From an uncultured Chloroflexia bacterium (GTDB lineage: Bacteria; Chloroflexota; Anaerolineae; JAAYZQ01), in assembly GCA_963700285.1 (NCBI GenBank), contig CAVOXA010000001.1:128001-192000 (forward strand): 64,000 nucleotides of DNA, in the 5' to 3' direction. Under the pieces are notes generated by a model. The model searched no databases. It saw only the letters and a list, made by a program, of their open reading frames with translations, and was not told the origin of the DNA. The position numbers and the translations under genes are program-made. Of the stretch, positions 30,862 through 41,599 are shown in pieces (within the stretch, counting starts at the first letter, position 1; every line of letters begins with the position of its first letter).

Positions 30862-31686
30862 TCAGGTTTGGCGCTGCCGGACTGCTTCGTAGATCAGAGC
30901 TGCCGCGGCCGCCGATGCATTGAGCGAGGTGGCCTGACCTGCCATCGGCAGGCGAACGGTGACATCGGCTTCTTCTCGGATGGCCACTGGCAGGCCCTGA
31001 CGCTCGCTTCCGATGAGAAGCACCAGTGGCTTGGCAAAATCCATGTCGAAATAGACCTGCCGCGCACGGGCTGACGAAGCAACGACCTGCAGGGGCAAAC
31101 TACTGGCACGTAGCTCAGCAAACCATGCCGACAATGCCTCCCCATCCGCTAGACGCACGATCGGAAGACCAAAGATGGAGCCCATGGTTGCTCGAACAGT
31201 CTGCGGAGCATAGAGGTCGACCGATGGTTCCACAATGATGACGCCTGTCGCACCGGCTGCATCGGCTGTACGAATGATCGAACCAAGGTTGCCAGGATCC
31301 CGAAGCTGGTAGGCCACCACGACCAGCAAGGGGCCATCCCTGAGGCGGGGATTTGCACAGATGTCAGTGAGGGGGCGATCCTCGATGCGCACCACAGCGG
31401 CAATACCTTGGGGTTGATCCCGGTCCGACAAGCTGCGAAAGACGTCGTCGGAAAGGACGATGCGGCGGTCCGGGTCTACCTTCTCCACTAGTGACTTTGC
31501 ACGCTCGCTCACCAGGAGGTCCGGTGCATAGACCAAAGTCTCCAGCGGGGCGCCGCCGGCCATCGCCTCTCCGACGATGCGAATTCCTTCGATAAGGAAG
31601 CGACCTTCCCGCTGGCGGTACTTGCGCGACCGCAAAGAACGAAGGTACTTGACCTGGCTGTTTCGATGGCTGGTGATGGGCTGCAC
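30862..31686 (-). CDS. TrmH/SpoU family RNA 2'-O-methyltransferase
   Basis: FLIEG, RDPGNLGSIIRTADAAG, GSERQGL, TSLNAS. Confidence 0.9.
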   Translation of the reverse strand: MQPITSHRNSQVKYLRSLRSRKYRQREGRFLIEGIRIVGEAMAGGAPLETLVYAPDLLVSERAKSLVEKVDPDRRIVLSDDVFRSLSDRDQPQGIAAVVRIEDRPLTDICANPRLRDGPLLVVVAYQLRDPGNLGSIIRTADAAGATGVIIVEPSVDLYAPQTVRATMGSIFGLPIVRLADGEALSAWFAELRASSLPLQVVASSARARQVYFDMDFAKPLVLLIGSERQGLPVAIREEADVTVRLPMAGQATSLNASAAAAALIYEAVRQRQT

Positions 31687-31688
31687 GA

Positions 31689-33371
31689 CTATTCTCTTGC
31701 TTTGATGCCGTTAAATTTCTTGTCCCAGCACTCACAGGCAGTACGAACCTGGTCTCCCTGGGTGAGGGTGCCATCGTAAGAGTTGTCGCTGGAGTGGGCC
31801 ACCCAGCCGGAGAGAACAAAGGGCAGCGGTCCGTCAGCAGCGATCCATTCCCCGTTATACTTGCGCGCAATATGGAGGTGGGTCGCTTCCGAGATTCCGC
31901 CCTCGCAGGAGGGGTGGCCGATGGGATCGCCTTGCTTCACACGGGTTCCCACGTCTACGCGACCTTCGGATGCCATGTGGAGATAGAACAATACCCAGCC
32001 GGTTTCTTCGTGCCCATCACCGTCCAGGTCGATCATGACCTCGCCGTGCTGGCTGCGGATGACCAACCCTGAGGCCGCGGCGGTGGCCCAGGATTCAGCT
32101 AGACGGCAGCCAAGTCCCTTTTCCGGTGGCACAAAGTCGAGTGCGGCCCAGGCGCTGCCTTCTTCCCAGCCACCATGGGGACCACTTGTAAAGTACCATA
32201 GCTCGCCTGGCGACCAGGGGAGGGCCAAGGACGGCTGGGTAGTATCGGCTGAGATAAGGGGCTCAATGGCATATTGATCCGGATCACCAAAGAGCCGGCG
32301 ATAGGTGGCAGCAAAGCCCTCCGGGCCGTCGCCCAGCCATGTCTCCCATTGTTCTCTTCCAGCATTCTTGGAAAAAAAGCGTTGCAGGCCGGCGGTAGCC
32401 GCATTCAGAGAAGGATCATAGTTGGTTGCCGTCTTGTCTCTCCAGACGATGGGCGTCATGCCCCTTCCTCGCCAGTCATAGTAACCTTTATTTAGCTCAT
32501 CGGCTGCCCAAGCTAGCTGCCAATAGAGAAGCTCCCAGCCTCCGCCTTTGTAGCCCATGGGGAAGTCGCGTGCATCACTGACCGGGGTGGGGTTGGTCAG
32601 CCAGCCACTCTTCATTTCCAAAATGGCTAGCAGCATCCTGGGGCCAACACTGTAATGTTGGGCGACAAGTGCAACGACTTCAGGCCCGGTTCGGACTTTG
32701 CCGCTGATCTTCTCCGTGTGATTGGGCAGGTAACCACCCTGCTCCTGGGCAAAAGCCTCTATGTCAAAGTCAACGTAGGCCGGGCCATTGACAAATTCGC
32801 TATTAGGCAACAACCAGGTGACTGGACCGGTTTCGGTCTGGCACGAGGCCAATTCGAGCCTTTGTCCTACCAGCAGGTTGTTGGCGTCATCGAGGCTGTT
32901 TTCCGCAGCGAGTCCTTCCAAGTCGCAGCCAAAACGGCCGGCGATGCCACTCAAGGTATCACCCTTGCGCACAACATAGACCTGTGGCAGAGGGTTCGCT
33001 TCGGGCAGTGCGCCTGCATCAGGCAGGCCTGCAACGGCTGGGATGGCAACCTCGGCTTCAACAGTCTCCGCAACAGCCGTCGGTTTTTCAACAGGCGTTA
33101 AGGAAGCAGCCGGCTCTGTTGCCAGAACGACTACATCGATTGTCGCGGTGGGAGATCCAGATGACGGCTGACCACCGCAGCGGGTGAGAAGAGCCAGCAG
33201 CACGCCAACGGCTACGAGACCGCCGATCCACCAAGCCCGCCCCTGCGACAGGGGCCCCATTCCACGCTTTTTGCGTCTGCTCCGCCCGTTGCCACGCTCC
33301 CCAAGGCGAGTCCTTCGCCCTTGGTCAGGGCTTAGTTCTGGACCGGCAGAACGCTTGTTGGTAGTAAGCAT
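31689..33371 (-). CDS. Membrane-anchored LysM plus M23-family peptidase protein
   Basis: TM helix; LysM YVVRKGDTLSGIA; ALDF, YLH, HLHIARK. Confidence 0.82.
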   Translation of the reverse strand: MLTTNKRSAGPELSPDQGRRTRLGERGNGRSRRKKRGMGPLSQGRAWWIGGLVAVGVLLALLTRCGGQPSSGSPTATIDVVVLATEPAASLTPVEKPTAVAETVEAEVAIPAVAGLPDAGALPEANPLPQVYVVRKGDTLSGIAGRFGCDLEGLAAENSLDDANNLLVGQRLELASCQTETGPVTWLLPNSEFVNGPAYVDFDIEAFAQEQGGYLPNHTEKISGKVRTGPEVVALVAQHYSVGPRMLLAILEMKSGWLTNPTPVSDARDFPMGYKGGGWELLYWQLAWAADELNKGYYDWRGRGMTPIVWRDKTATNYDPSLNAATAGLQRFFSKNAGREQWETWLGDGPEGFAATYRRLFGDPDQYAIEPLISADTTQPSLALPWSPGELWYFTSGPHGGWEEGSAWAALDFVPPEKGLGCRLAESWATAAASGLVIRSQHGEVMIDLDGDGHEETGWVLFYLHMASEGRVDVGTRVKQGDPIGHPSCEGGISEATHLHIARKYNGEWIAADGPLPFVLSGWVAHSSDNSYDGTLTQGDQVRTACECWDKKFNGIKARE

Positions 33372-33585
33372 GAACCTGTCTCAGACTTGACGTTTCAACC
33401 TTTGATAACCTATTATACCACAAATCATCGGAATCCGCCAAGTTTGACTGAGCCCATATCTGGCATGCTGAATATCAGCTAGTCATCAGGCCTCCGGGAC
33501 CGTGAGCCGGCCAGTGATGCCAATGTCTGCGCCGTGTGCGGCTTGGCATGACCGGCCAGTCCTGCCCGTAGGACTTTTGCGTCAG

Positions 33586-34326
33586 CTACTGGCCACTGGC
33601 TGCGTACCGGACGAGGAGATCGGGCCTCTTGTCTGCTACGTCTGCGTACAGACCACGGTATTCCGGCGGAAGCATGGCAGCCAGATGGTACATGATCTCG
33701 TCGGTGAAATCCCGGACTTCAGCAGCGCCAGCAATCTCTCCTGAGGGCAAAGGTGGGGGGGCAAAAGGTGGGCCGAACACGATGTGAATGCGCGCCCGGC
33801 GTAGTTTCTTGAGAGCGCCGATGGCGTACTCCTGGCCTGTCACGACGACAGGAACCACGCTAGCGCCAGTGCGATAGGCAAAGTAGGCTGCCCCACCGCG
33901 CCCCCGCTGCATGGCTCCAGTGTCGCTGCGAGTCCCTTCGGGTGCCAAGCCCAGCACGCCGCCCCCTTGGAGCACGGCCAAAGCTTGGCGCAACGCTTTG
34001 CGGTCAACCTCGCCTCGATGGACCCAAATAGCGTCCAGAGAACGAAAGAGCGGGCCAAGGAACCAGTGTTTCTCTCGCTTGGCAGCGGCAAAGACGTAAG
34101 CTCGATAGGGGAAGGCAGCCATCAAAGCAGGCGGGTCAAGCCAGTGCAGGTGGTTAGTGAGCAAGAGGTAGGGACCTTCGCCGGGCACATACTCCAGGCC
34201 CTCTACTTCAGTACGGGTCAGAAGCCAGAGCAAGAAGCGAAGAATTGTCCGGGCTACCCGATACCACCCCTGAACCTCCAGGGAATAAGCCTTTGGCTCA
34301 ACTGATTTGTCCCCGTCTGCGTCCAT
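33586..34326 (-). CDS. plsC: 1-acyl-sn-glycerol-3-phosphate acyltransferase (PlsC family)
   Basis: NHLHWLD (HX4D) and APEGTRS motifs. Confidence 0.85.
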   Translation of the reverse strand: MDADGDKSVEPKAYSLEVQGWYRVARTILRFLLWLLTRTEVEGLEYVPGEGPYLLLTNHLHWLDPPALMAAFPYRAYVFAAAKREKHWFLGPLFRSLDAIWVHRGEVDRKALRQALAVLQGGGVLGLAPEGTRSDTGAMQRGRGGAAYFAYRTGASVVPVVVTGQEYAIGALKKLRRARIHIVFGPPFAPPPLPSGEIAGAAEVRDFTDEIMYHLAAMLPPEYRGLYADVADKRPDLLVRYAASGQ

Positions 34327-34433
34327 CCGCGCTCCTGCTCAATCCGGTCTCTGTCAGCGATAACACCGTCTGCTGACCAGGGATACGGCGCTTCCCCACA
34401 GGCCAACCAGTATCTATCGCCTCAAGTCCCGTT

Positions 34434-35489
34434 TCAGGGGGTAGCTGTCGCTGGTGGCGTGCCCGTGAATTCGGCTGTGGCTGTTGGCACCTGGTAGCCA
34501 ATCCACCAGCCCTGTACCTGAATATCGTAGCGGTCTACTGGCCCCATAGGCGTCAACGTTACCTCAAACGGGGCGATAGCTCCCGCGAGAAAGAACTCGG
34601 CTGCAATGTCCACAACCCGAGCCCCGACTACGTGCCCTTCCTCATTGTACAAGGTGATCACAATGGCGACCTGTTCGGCATCGGCCTCACCGGTATTATG
34701 CACCTTGCCCCGGATCTGATAGTTACGCTCGTCCAGCCAGCCGCCCCAATCCTCTGCGATCTCCAGATCGGGATAACGCGGCCCCAGATGGGTGCTGGGC
34801 ACGCCACTCAGCACCCGAGTCTGATACTGGGCAAAACTGGTAGGAGGTGCGGTAAATAGGAGGGAAAACGGCGCTCGCCCGCCGCTAGCCATGATATCGA
34901 GATGGGTGAACGCCGAACCTGAGGCCAACAACTGCCCCTGTTCGTCATGGAGCGAAACCTGAACCTGGACCTCTTCCGCAGGATCATCGGAGAGGTTGAT
35001 TACTTCACCCAGGCACCATAGACTATCGACAGGCGTCCAGTGAAAACCCAGCCCCTGGATCTGGAGGGCCACGGGCGTTGGCGTAGGCACCGTGGTCGGT
35101 TCACTGTTTTCCTGCTTCAGAGGAACAATGATCTCCTGGTTGATCCGCAGGCGACGGGGATCCGTGATCCCGTTGACCTCCTGGAGAGCCTGTACCGTGA
35201 CGCCAAACTGGCGCGCGATGGCCAGCAAGGTATCCCCTTTCTTTATGACATAGATGATCGGTGTAGGGGTGACGGTAGGAGTTGGCGTATCCGATGGTGT
35301 GGCTGGCACAGGCGTGAAGGTTGCCCGACGAGTAGCGGTCGGCATTGGCGTATTGGTGGGAGTGGCTGGAACGACCGCCACGGCAGTTGGTGTAGGCTGC
35401 TGAAGGATGCGGCCGCAACCAGCCAATATCAAGCTGCTCAGTACCGCCAGCCACACCACCGCCGCTCGACCAATACCCGACCTCTGCAA
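34434..35489 (-). CDS. LysM lipoprotein with two FxLYD-type beta domains
   Basis: Lipobox LAGC, PT-rich linker, LysM YVIKKGDTLLAIA, GEVIN..SLHD..G and GKVHNTG..TLYN..G repeats. Confidence 0.8.
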   Translation of the reverse strand: MQRSGIGRAAVVWLAVLSSLILAGCGRILQQPTPTAVAVVPATPTNTPMPTATRRATFTPVPATPSDTPTPTVTPTPIIYVIKKGDTLLAIARQFGVTVQALQEVNGITDPRRLRINQEIIVPLKQENSEPTTVPTPTPVALQIQGLGFHWTPVDSLWCLGEVINLSDDPAEEVQVQVSLHDEQGQLLASGSAFTHLDIMASGGRAPFSLLFTAPPTSFAQYQTRVLSGVPSTHLGPRYPDLEIAEDWGGWLDERNYQIRGKVHNTGEADAEQVAIVITLYNEEGHVVGARVVDIAAEFFLAGAIAPFEVTLTPMGPVDRYDIQVQGWWIGYQVPTATAEFTGTPPATATP

Positions 35490-35702
35490 TGATCCACTCC
35501 CTTGGTTTCACCTTGACTACGAGGTGTCTCCTGACACAGCGGCGCAGTGCCGGTCGCAGCGTCTGTAGACGGTAGGAATTGTAGCAAAGGTGAGTGGGAA
35601 AGTCAAACATCACTGCTACGGTGTGGCCCGTCAGCCAAGGCATTGTTCTTGAGGGACTGTCTGGATCGTGGTATAATTGGTCCAAGATCACCAAGAGAGG
35701 TG

Positions 35703-37568
35703 ATGGCCATGAAGCAATTGCTTTCAGGTAATGAAGCAGTAGCCCGAGGGGCATGGGAGGCCGGGGTTCAGGTAGCATCGGCCTATCCTGGAACCCCCAG
35801 CACCGAGATCCTCGAGGATTTTGCGCGGTTTCCCAACGTCTACGCCGAGTGGGCCCCCAATGAAAAGGTGGCGGTAGATGTAGCCGTGGGGGCAGCCTAC
35901 GCGGGCCGGCGGGCGATGGCAACCATGAAGCACGTGGGGGTCAATGTCGCCGCCGATTCTGTCTTTTACGCTTCAATGACAGGTATAGAAGCTGGCCTGA
36001 TCATCGTCACCGCCGACGATCCGGCGATGCATTCCTCACAGAACGAGCAGGACAACCGACGCTATGCCAAGTTCACTCGCATCCCCTGCCTGGAGCCGTC
36101 CGACAGCCAGGAAGCAAAGGACCTGGTCGGCGCGGCGATTGCCATCAGCGAGCAGTTTGATACGCCTGTTTTTTTGCGGCTGACCACGCGCATCTGCCAC
36201 TCCAGCACCCCCGTAGAGATGGGCGAGCGTGTACAAACACCTGCTCCGAACGCCAAGTTTCCCCGCAACCCGACAAAGTATGTGATGATACCGGCGCACG
36301 CCCGAAAGAAGCATCCGGTCATCGAGGAACGGATCCAGAAATTGGCTGATTTCGCTGAGACTTTTCCCTTCAACCGGGTGGAATGGGGTGAGTCAGAGGG
36401 GGAGGAATCTCCCTTTGGCATCGTGACCTGTGGCGTGGCCTACCAGTACGTCAAAGAGATCTTGCCCAACGCACCCATACTGCGATTGGGGATGACCTAT
36501 CCCTTGCCTCCCAAGCTGGTCCATACCTTTGCGGCCAAAGTCAAGCGTCTCATCGTCGTCGAGGAACTGGACCCCTTCTTGGAGGAAGAGATCAAGCTGA
36601 TGGGGGTTGCATGCGAGGGTAAGAGTATCTTTCCCCTGTGCGGTGAGTTCGACCCCCGCGTGGTACGCGAAAGCGCCATCGAGGCTGGTTTGCTGCCGCA
36701 GTCGGCCCGTATACCGATAGGTTTGCGACAGATCGAAGGATTGGACGAGCCAGAGATTCCGCCCCGTCCGCCAGTTCTCTGTCCCGGCTGTCCCCATCGG
36801 GCTGTGTTTCACATATTGAGCAAGCGACGAGTGCCGGTAACAGGTGATATTGGCTGCTATACGCTGGGCCTCGTGCCACCTCTGTCGGCTATCCACACCT
36901 GTGGCTGCATGGGCGCTGGCATCGGCGTGGCCCACGGTGCCGCTCAAGCAGGCATTGGCGAGCGGATGGTGGCCGTCATCGGTGACTCGACTTTTTTTCA
37001 CACCGGGTTGCCGGCTCTGGCCAACGTGGCCTACAACCGCAGCAACGTGGTAACCATCATCCTCGACAACCGCATCACAGGTATGACTGGGCACCAGCAC
37101 AACCCCGGCACCGGATACACCCTTCAGTTGCAGGAGACAACGCCCGTGGACCTTGAACCGGTGGTCCGGGCGTTGGGTATTGAGCGGGTCAAGACAGTAC
37201 CTGCCTTCGATGTCAAGGCTCTGGATGAAACCCTCACAGAGTACCTGAAAGCCGATGGCCCCAGCGTACTCATTGCCCGGGACGAATGCGCACTTTTGCC
37301 GGAAGCTCGAAAACGGTGGCAGCCACTGGCGGTGATCGCCGACGAATGCAATGGCTGTACCATGTGCTTCCGCATTGGCTGTCCTGCCATTCTCAAGAGC
37401 GACGAGTTGGACGCAAAGACGCAGCGGCCCAAAGCGATCATCGATCCATTGCTCTGTACCGGCTGTGAGGTATGCGCCCAGGTGTGTCCCTGGCACGCAA
37501 TCCTGTTTCGGGATCAGATGGGGCCGGAGTACAGAGAAGATACTGCCCGGGCGGGCGAGGTGCCGTGA
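35703..37568 (+). CDS. iorA: Indolepyruvate:ferredoxin oxidoreductase alpha subunit
   Basis: LSGNEAVARG, YPGTPSTE, MKHVGVNVA, LCPGCPH, GDIGCY, GDSTFFH, C-terminal 2x[4Fe-4S]. Confidence 0.92.
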   Translation: MAMKQLLSGNEAVARGAWEAGVQVASAYPGTPSTEILEDFARFPNVYAEWAPNEKVAVDVAVGAAYAGRRAMATMKHVGVNVAADSVFYASMTGIEAGLIIVTADDPAMHSSQNEQDNRRYAKFTRIPCLEPSDSQEAKDLVGAAIAISEQFDTPVFLRLTTRICHSSTPVEMGERVQTPAPNAKFPRNPTKYVMIPAHARKKHPVIEERIQKLADFAETFPFNRVEWGESEGEESPFGIVTCGVAYQYVKEILPNAPILRLGMTYPLPPKLVHTFAAKVKRLIVVEELDPFLEEEIKLMGVACEGKSIFPLCGEFDPRVVRESAIEAGLLPQSARIPIGLRQIEGLDEPEIPPRPPVLCPGCPHRAVFHILSKRRVPVTGDIGCYTLGLVPPLSAIHTCGCMGAGIGVAHGAAQAGIGERMVAVIGDSTFFHTGLPALANVAYNRSNVVTIILDNRITGMTGHQHNPGTGYTLQLQETTPVDLEPVVRALGIERVKTVPAFDVKALDETLTEYLKADGPSVLIARDECALLPEARKRWQPLAVIADECNGCTMCFRIGCPAILKSDELDAKTQRPKAIIDPLLCTGCEVCAQVCPWHAILFRDQMGPEYREDTARAGEVP

Positions 37569-37569
37569 C

Positions 37570-38163
37570 ATGACCACGAACTATAACTTTTTGCTGGCCG
37601 GCGTCGGCGGTCAAGGGACCCTTCTGGCCAGCAATGTGATGTCCGAGGTAGCATTAGAGGCAGGGTACGACGTGAAAAAGTCAGAGGTCCATGGCATGGC
37701 CCAACGGGGCGGCAGTGTGAATACCCACGTCCGCTGGAACGTTGAGCGGGTTTACTCACCCTTGATCGGCCTAGGTGAGGCAGATTTCTTGCTTGCCTTT
37801 GAGCTGGCCGAAGCGCTCCGCTATGCCAAGTTCCTGAAACCAGGTGGCATCGCTATCGTCAACCAGTATACCATCGAGCCGATCACGGTCACCTCGGGTG
37901 GGGCCCACTACCCGACGGAGAAAGAGCTGCACACACTGTTCGACGCGGTGACTGACCAACTCCACGTCGTACCGGGGACCGAAATTGCCAAGGAACTGGG
38001 CAATGTGCGCACAGCGAATGTCGTACTTTTGGGCGCACTTTCCACGTTCTTGGACGTACCGGAACAGGCTTGGCTGTGCGTCATTGAAGAACGCGTGCCG
38101 CCCAGATTTGTGGCATTGAATCATCAGGCTTTCTCCAAGGGACGGCAGGCGATATCTGGCTAG
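37570..38163 (+). CDS. iorB: Indolepyruvate:ferredoxin oxidoreductase beta subunit
   Basis: GVGGQGTLLAS, SEVHGMAQRGGSV, ANVVLLGA. Confidence 0.92.
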   Translation: MTTNYNFLLAGVGGQGTLLASNVMSEVALEAGYDVKKSEVHGMAQRGGSVNTHVRWNVERVYSPLIGLGEADFLLAFELAEALRYAKFLKPGGIAIVNQYTIEPITVTSGGAHYPTEKELHTLFDAVTDQLHVVPGTEIAKELGNVRTANVVLLGALSTFLDVPEQAWLCVIEERVPPRFVALNHQAFSKGRQAISG

Positions 38164-38292
38164 GGCTCAGACCGAGACGATCATCAAAAGTATCGGAGAT
38201 GGGAGTGGGCTGGGGATTGATTTCGCCGACGTAGGCTCCGAGCTGCAGGGCCACTGGCGGGAGCGACGCCGCTTTCTATTCAATGGCTTGAT

Positions 38293-38321
38293 TTGACGTC
38301 CCAGAAGATCTGTGTTATCAT
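38293..38321 (+). promoter_or_regulatory. Putative rho promoter (implies a leader of about 440 nt)
   Basis: TTGACG-17 bp-TATCAT. Confidence 0.55.
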
Positions 38322-38769
38322 GGTATGGCCTGAGGGTTATGGGCGTTCCCCAGCGGGAGTCACCGCGTGTTCCAATGTTTTCCTTCGATGCACTCCTGAT
38401 CAGCTTGGGATCTATTTGGCGCCAGGCCCATTGTTCCGGGGCTTGACAAAAGGCATTCTATGAGGTCAGGCCTTTCCCGACAGTCGATCTTACTCCTAGG
38501 ATAACAGTTCTTTGGCGACATTGGAATAGTCTCCAGGTCAGAGTCCAAAGAACTCCAGGGACAACTCTGCCTCTGAGCAATTCAGCCTTGAACGCGGGTT
38601 CCACACCAATTCTTAAAAGTCCGATGTCTTAACCGAACACCCTGGCTTGCAGGAGTGAGAGCTTGCCGAAAGGTGCGATGGCAGTATCACCTTTGCCACG
38701 CCGGGCAGTTGGCTAGGCTACCTGACCAAAGCTGTGTAGCCCCCAAATCACTGCACGTGGAGAGAAGAA

Positions 38770-40020
38770 GTGAATATCGTTGAACTTGAAACCAAGACAC
38801 TAAGCGACTTGCAGGAGATGGCTCGCGAGCAGGACATCACCGGATACAGCCGGCTCAAGAAGCATGACCTGGCAATGCGCCTATTGGAGGCCCAGGCAGA
38901 GAAACAAGGGCTTCTTTTTGGAGGTGGGATCCTCGATATTGTCTCTGAAAGTATCGGATTCCTCCGTTCCGGCGACCTCCTGCCCAATGCCGATGACATC
39001 TATGTCTCCCAGTCTCAGATCAGGCGCTTTGGCTTGCGGGCTGGCGACACGGTGATTGGCCAGGTCCGGCCGCCCAAAGAGAACGAAAAGTACTTTGGGC
39101 TACTACGGGTTGAAGCGGTTAATAGTGTGGACCCGGAGCAGGCCAAACGTCGGCCATGGTTTGATGGGCTGACGCCTATCTTCCCGTTGGAGCAACTGCA
39201 TCTCGAAACTGGACAGTATCCCCTGTCCACGCGCTTGCTTGATCTGTTGGCGCCCATCGGGCGCGGGCAACGTGGTTTGATCGTGTCGCCGCCCAAAGCA
39301 GGCAAGACGACCATCCTGAAGCAGATCGCCAATGGGCTCACAACCAACTACAGTGACCTGCACCTGATGGTTGTACTCATTGGAGAGCGCCCGGAGGAGG
39401 TGACGGACATGGCCCGTTCGGTGGAAGCCGAGGTGATGGCTGCCACCTTTGACGAGCCGGTGCAGCACCACGTGCGCGTCGCCGAGATGGCGCTTGATCG
39501 GGCCAAGCGTTTGGTCGAGATGGGGCGAGACGTTGTCATTCTTGCAGACTCGATCACCCGTCTGGCGCGGGCCTATAACCTGGTTGTGCCTCCCAGTGGG
39601 CGGACGCTATCTGGTGGTATAGACCCAGCAGCGCTTTATCCGCCCAAGCGCTTCTTTGGCGCGGCACGCAACATCGAGGAGGGAGGTAGCCTCACGATTG
39701 TTGCGACCTGCCTGGTGGATACAGGCAGCCGCATGGATGACGTAATCTATGAGGAGTTCAAAGGCACGGGCAACATGGAGATGCAGCTCAACCGCAAGCT
39801 GGCTGATCGGCGCCTGTTCCCAGCCATTGACGTTGAGCGTTCCAGCACACGGCGGGAGGAACTGCTCCTGAGCAAGGAGACTCTCTCCCGGGTTTGGACC
39901 CTGCGGCGCATGATCGATGCCCTGGGTGGTGGAGCCGAGGCTGTAGAGCCAGTGCTAGATCGCCTGCGCAAAACGCAGAGCAATGCCAAGTTCCTGGCCA
40001 CATTGAACCGTGACGCCTAG
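38770..40020 (+). CDS. rho: Transcription termination factor Rho
   Basis: [52 protein letters not shown]. Confidence 0.97.
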   Translation: MNIVELETKTLSDLQEMAREQDITGYSRLKKHDLAMRLLEAQAEKQGLLFGGGILDIVSESIGFLRSGDLLPNADDIYVSQSQIRRFGLRAGDTVIGQVRPPKENEKYFGLLRVEAVNSVDPEQAKRRPWFDGLTPIFPLEQLHLETGQYPLSTRLLDLLAPIGRGQRGLIVSPPKAGKTTILKQIANGLTTNYSDLHLMVVLIGERPEEVTDMARSVEAEVMAATFDEPVQHHVRVAEMALDRAKRLVEMGRDVVILADSITRLARAYNLVVPPSGRTLSGGIDPAALYPPKRFFGAARNIEEGGSLTIVATCLVDTGSRMDDVIYEEFKGTGNMEMQLNRKLADRRLFPAIDVERSSTRREELLLSKETLSRVWTLRRMIDALGGGAEAVEPVLDRLRKTQSNAKFLATLNRDA

Positions 40021-40231
40021 CACTTGCATATCTTATGCGAGGACTTGAGCAATAAGGCCACTTGCCAACAGAAAAGGAAGGATTCTAGCCAGGCCCCTGT
40101 ATACTTTTGTATAGAAAGAGTCCATTCCCGAGTTGCTTGCCGCCAGAAATTTGGCGGCAACGTTCTTCTGTGGTACAATGGCCGACGTCGCGAGCCATAT
40201 CCATATGGCGTAATCCTTGTGGAGTGCATGC

Positions 40232-41503
40232 ATGATTGAATCGCAAACCGAACTCCCTGCGCAGGAGGGGGGCCAGGCCAATATCTGGGAAAGAAGCCGC
40301 CAGATTATGGCCTCCGTAGCGAGTCAAGTCGGTGACAAGACTCGAGCGCTGCCAGGGAATGGCGGGGTGCAGTTCTCAGAGAGCGTTGGTTCTCTCTTCG
40401 ATAGGGTTAAAGCGCGATCTTTGCTCCAGATCTCTCGGGATGGCATGTCCCACTGGCTCCGTACCGATGCCAGCGACGGTTCTGTCCTTCGCCGCTTTTC
40501 CCTGCATCTGGTCGTTGTCCTATTGGCCCTGAGCGTGCTGGCTGTCAGTCAAATCAGCATCCCGGCCCTCGATTTCCGCCTGGATGCGCCATCCCTGAGC
40601 AAGGCTGACGGTCTGGACCCGACACCGGAACAGAGTGATCCAGCCGTTGGGGTATCTCTCAGCAACCGGGGGGGCGGCCGTTTCGTCGCCAACAATACGG
40701 GTCTCTTTCAAGCACCAGTACCCCATACAATTATCCCCGAACGGGATAGGATGGAGATCATTACCTATACCGTTCAGGCCAACGACAACGTGTGGTCCAT
40801 TGCCACAGGTTTCGGCCTGGAAGTCGAAACGGTCGTTTGGGCCAACCCGGCGGTGGAAAACGCGCCCGATCTGCTAAGTGTGGGTCAGGTTCTTTCCATC
40901 CTGCCCGTGGATGGCATTTACTATACCGTTCAGGCTGGCGACACCGTGGCCAAGCTAGCCAAGGACTTTAAGGCCGAACCGGAAAAGATAACGGCCTTTG
41001 TACTCAATGGGTTGGAGGAGCCCTATGCCTTGACCCCTGGTCAGAAGGTCGTGATTCCTGGTGGCCGGAAAAAGATTGTGGTTGCAAGCAATTACTATCC
41101 GATGACAAGTGTTGGCAAGGCACCCGCCGGTGCGACCAAAGGTTCTGGGAGTTTTGCATGGCCGGCCCAAGGTTGGCTTACTCAGGCATTCTGGAGCGGC
41201 CATCAAGGGATCGACATCGCCAGTCGTACCGGGACGCCAATCCTTGCAGCAGACGCTGGCTACGTTGTGATGTCCGGGCGTGATACCTGGGGCTATGGGA
41301 ATCAGGTCCTCATAGACCACGGCAATGGCTATGTCAGCCGCTATGCCCATCTGCATACCATCGGCGTCAAAGCAGGTATGTCAGTGAACAGGAACCAGCA
41401 GATTGGCACCATGGGCAGTACCGGCCGCTCCACCGGGCCCCATTTGCACTTTGAGATCATTCAGGGACAGGCGCGGCGAAACCCCTTGGGCTTTTTGCCC
41501 TAA
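40232..41503 (+). CDS. TM-anchored double-LysM M23 metallopeptidase
   Basis: Two LysM (YTVQANDN, YTVQAGDT); HQGIDIA, YAHL, GRSTGPHLHFEI. Confidence 0.88.
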   Translation: MIESQTELPAQEGGQANIWERSRQIMASVASQVGDKTRALPGNGGVQFSESVGSLFDRVKARSLLQISRDGMSHWLRTDASDGSVLRRFSLHLVVVLLALSVLAVSQISIPALDFRLDAPSLSKADGLDPTPEQSDPAVGVSLSNRGGGRFVANNTGLFQAPVPHTIIPERDRMEIITYTVQANDNVWSIATGFGLEVETVVWANPAVENAPDLLSVGQVLSILPVDGIYYTVQAGDTVAKLAKDFKAEPEKITAFVLNGLEEPYALTPGQKVVIPGGRKKIVVASNYYPMTSVGKAPAGATKGSGSFAWPAQGWLTQAFWSGHQGIDIASRTGTPILAADAGYVVMSGRDTWGYGNQVLIDHGNGYVSRYAHLHTIGVKAGMSVNRNQQIGTMGSTGRSTGPHLHFEIIQGQARRNPLGFLP

Positions 41504-41517
41504 CATTCTCAAACAGG

Positions 41518-41552
41518 AAAACGGGCGCGAGATTGTATCTCGCGCCCGTTTT
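41518..41552. terminator. Bidirectional intrinsic terminator
   Basis: AAAACGGGCGCGAGAT-TGT-ATCTCGCGCCCGTTTT between convergent genes. Confidence 0.85.
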
Positions 41553-41599
41553 GATTTCTGGATTGCCTGAACGGCGAGGCAGTTCGCCGAAGCTTCCTG

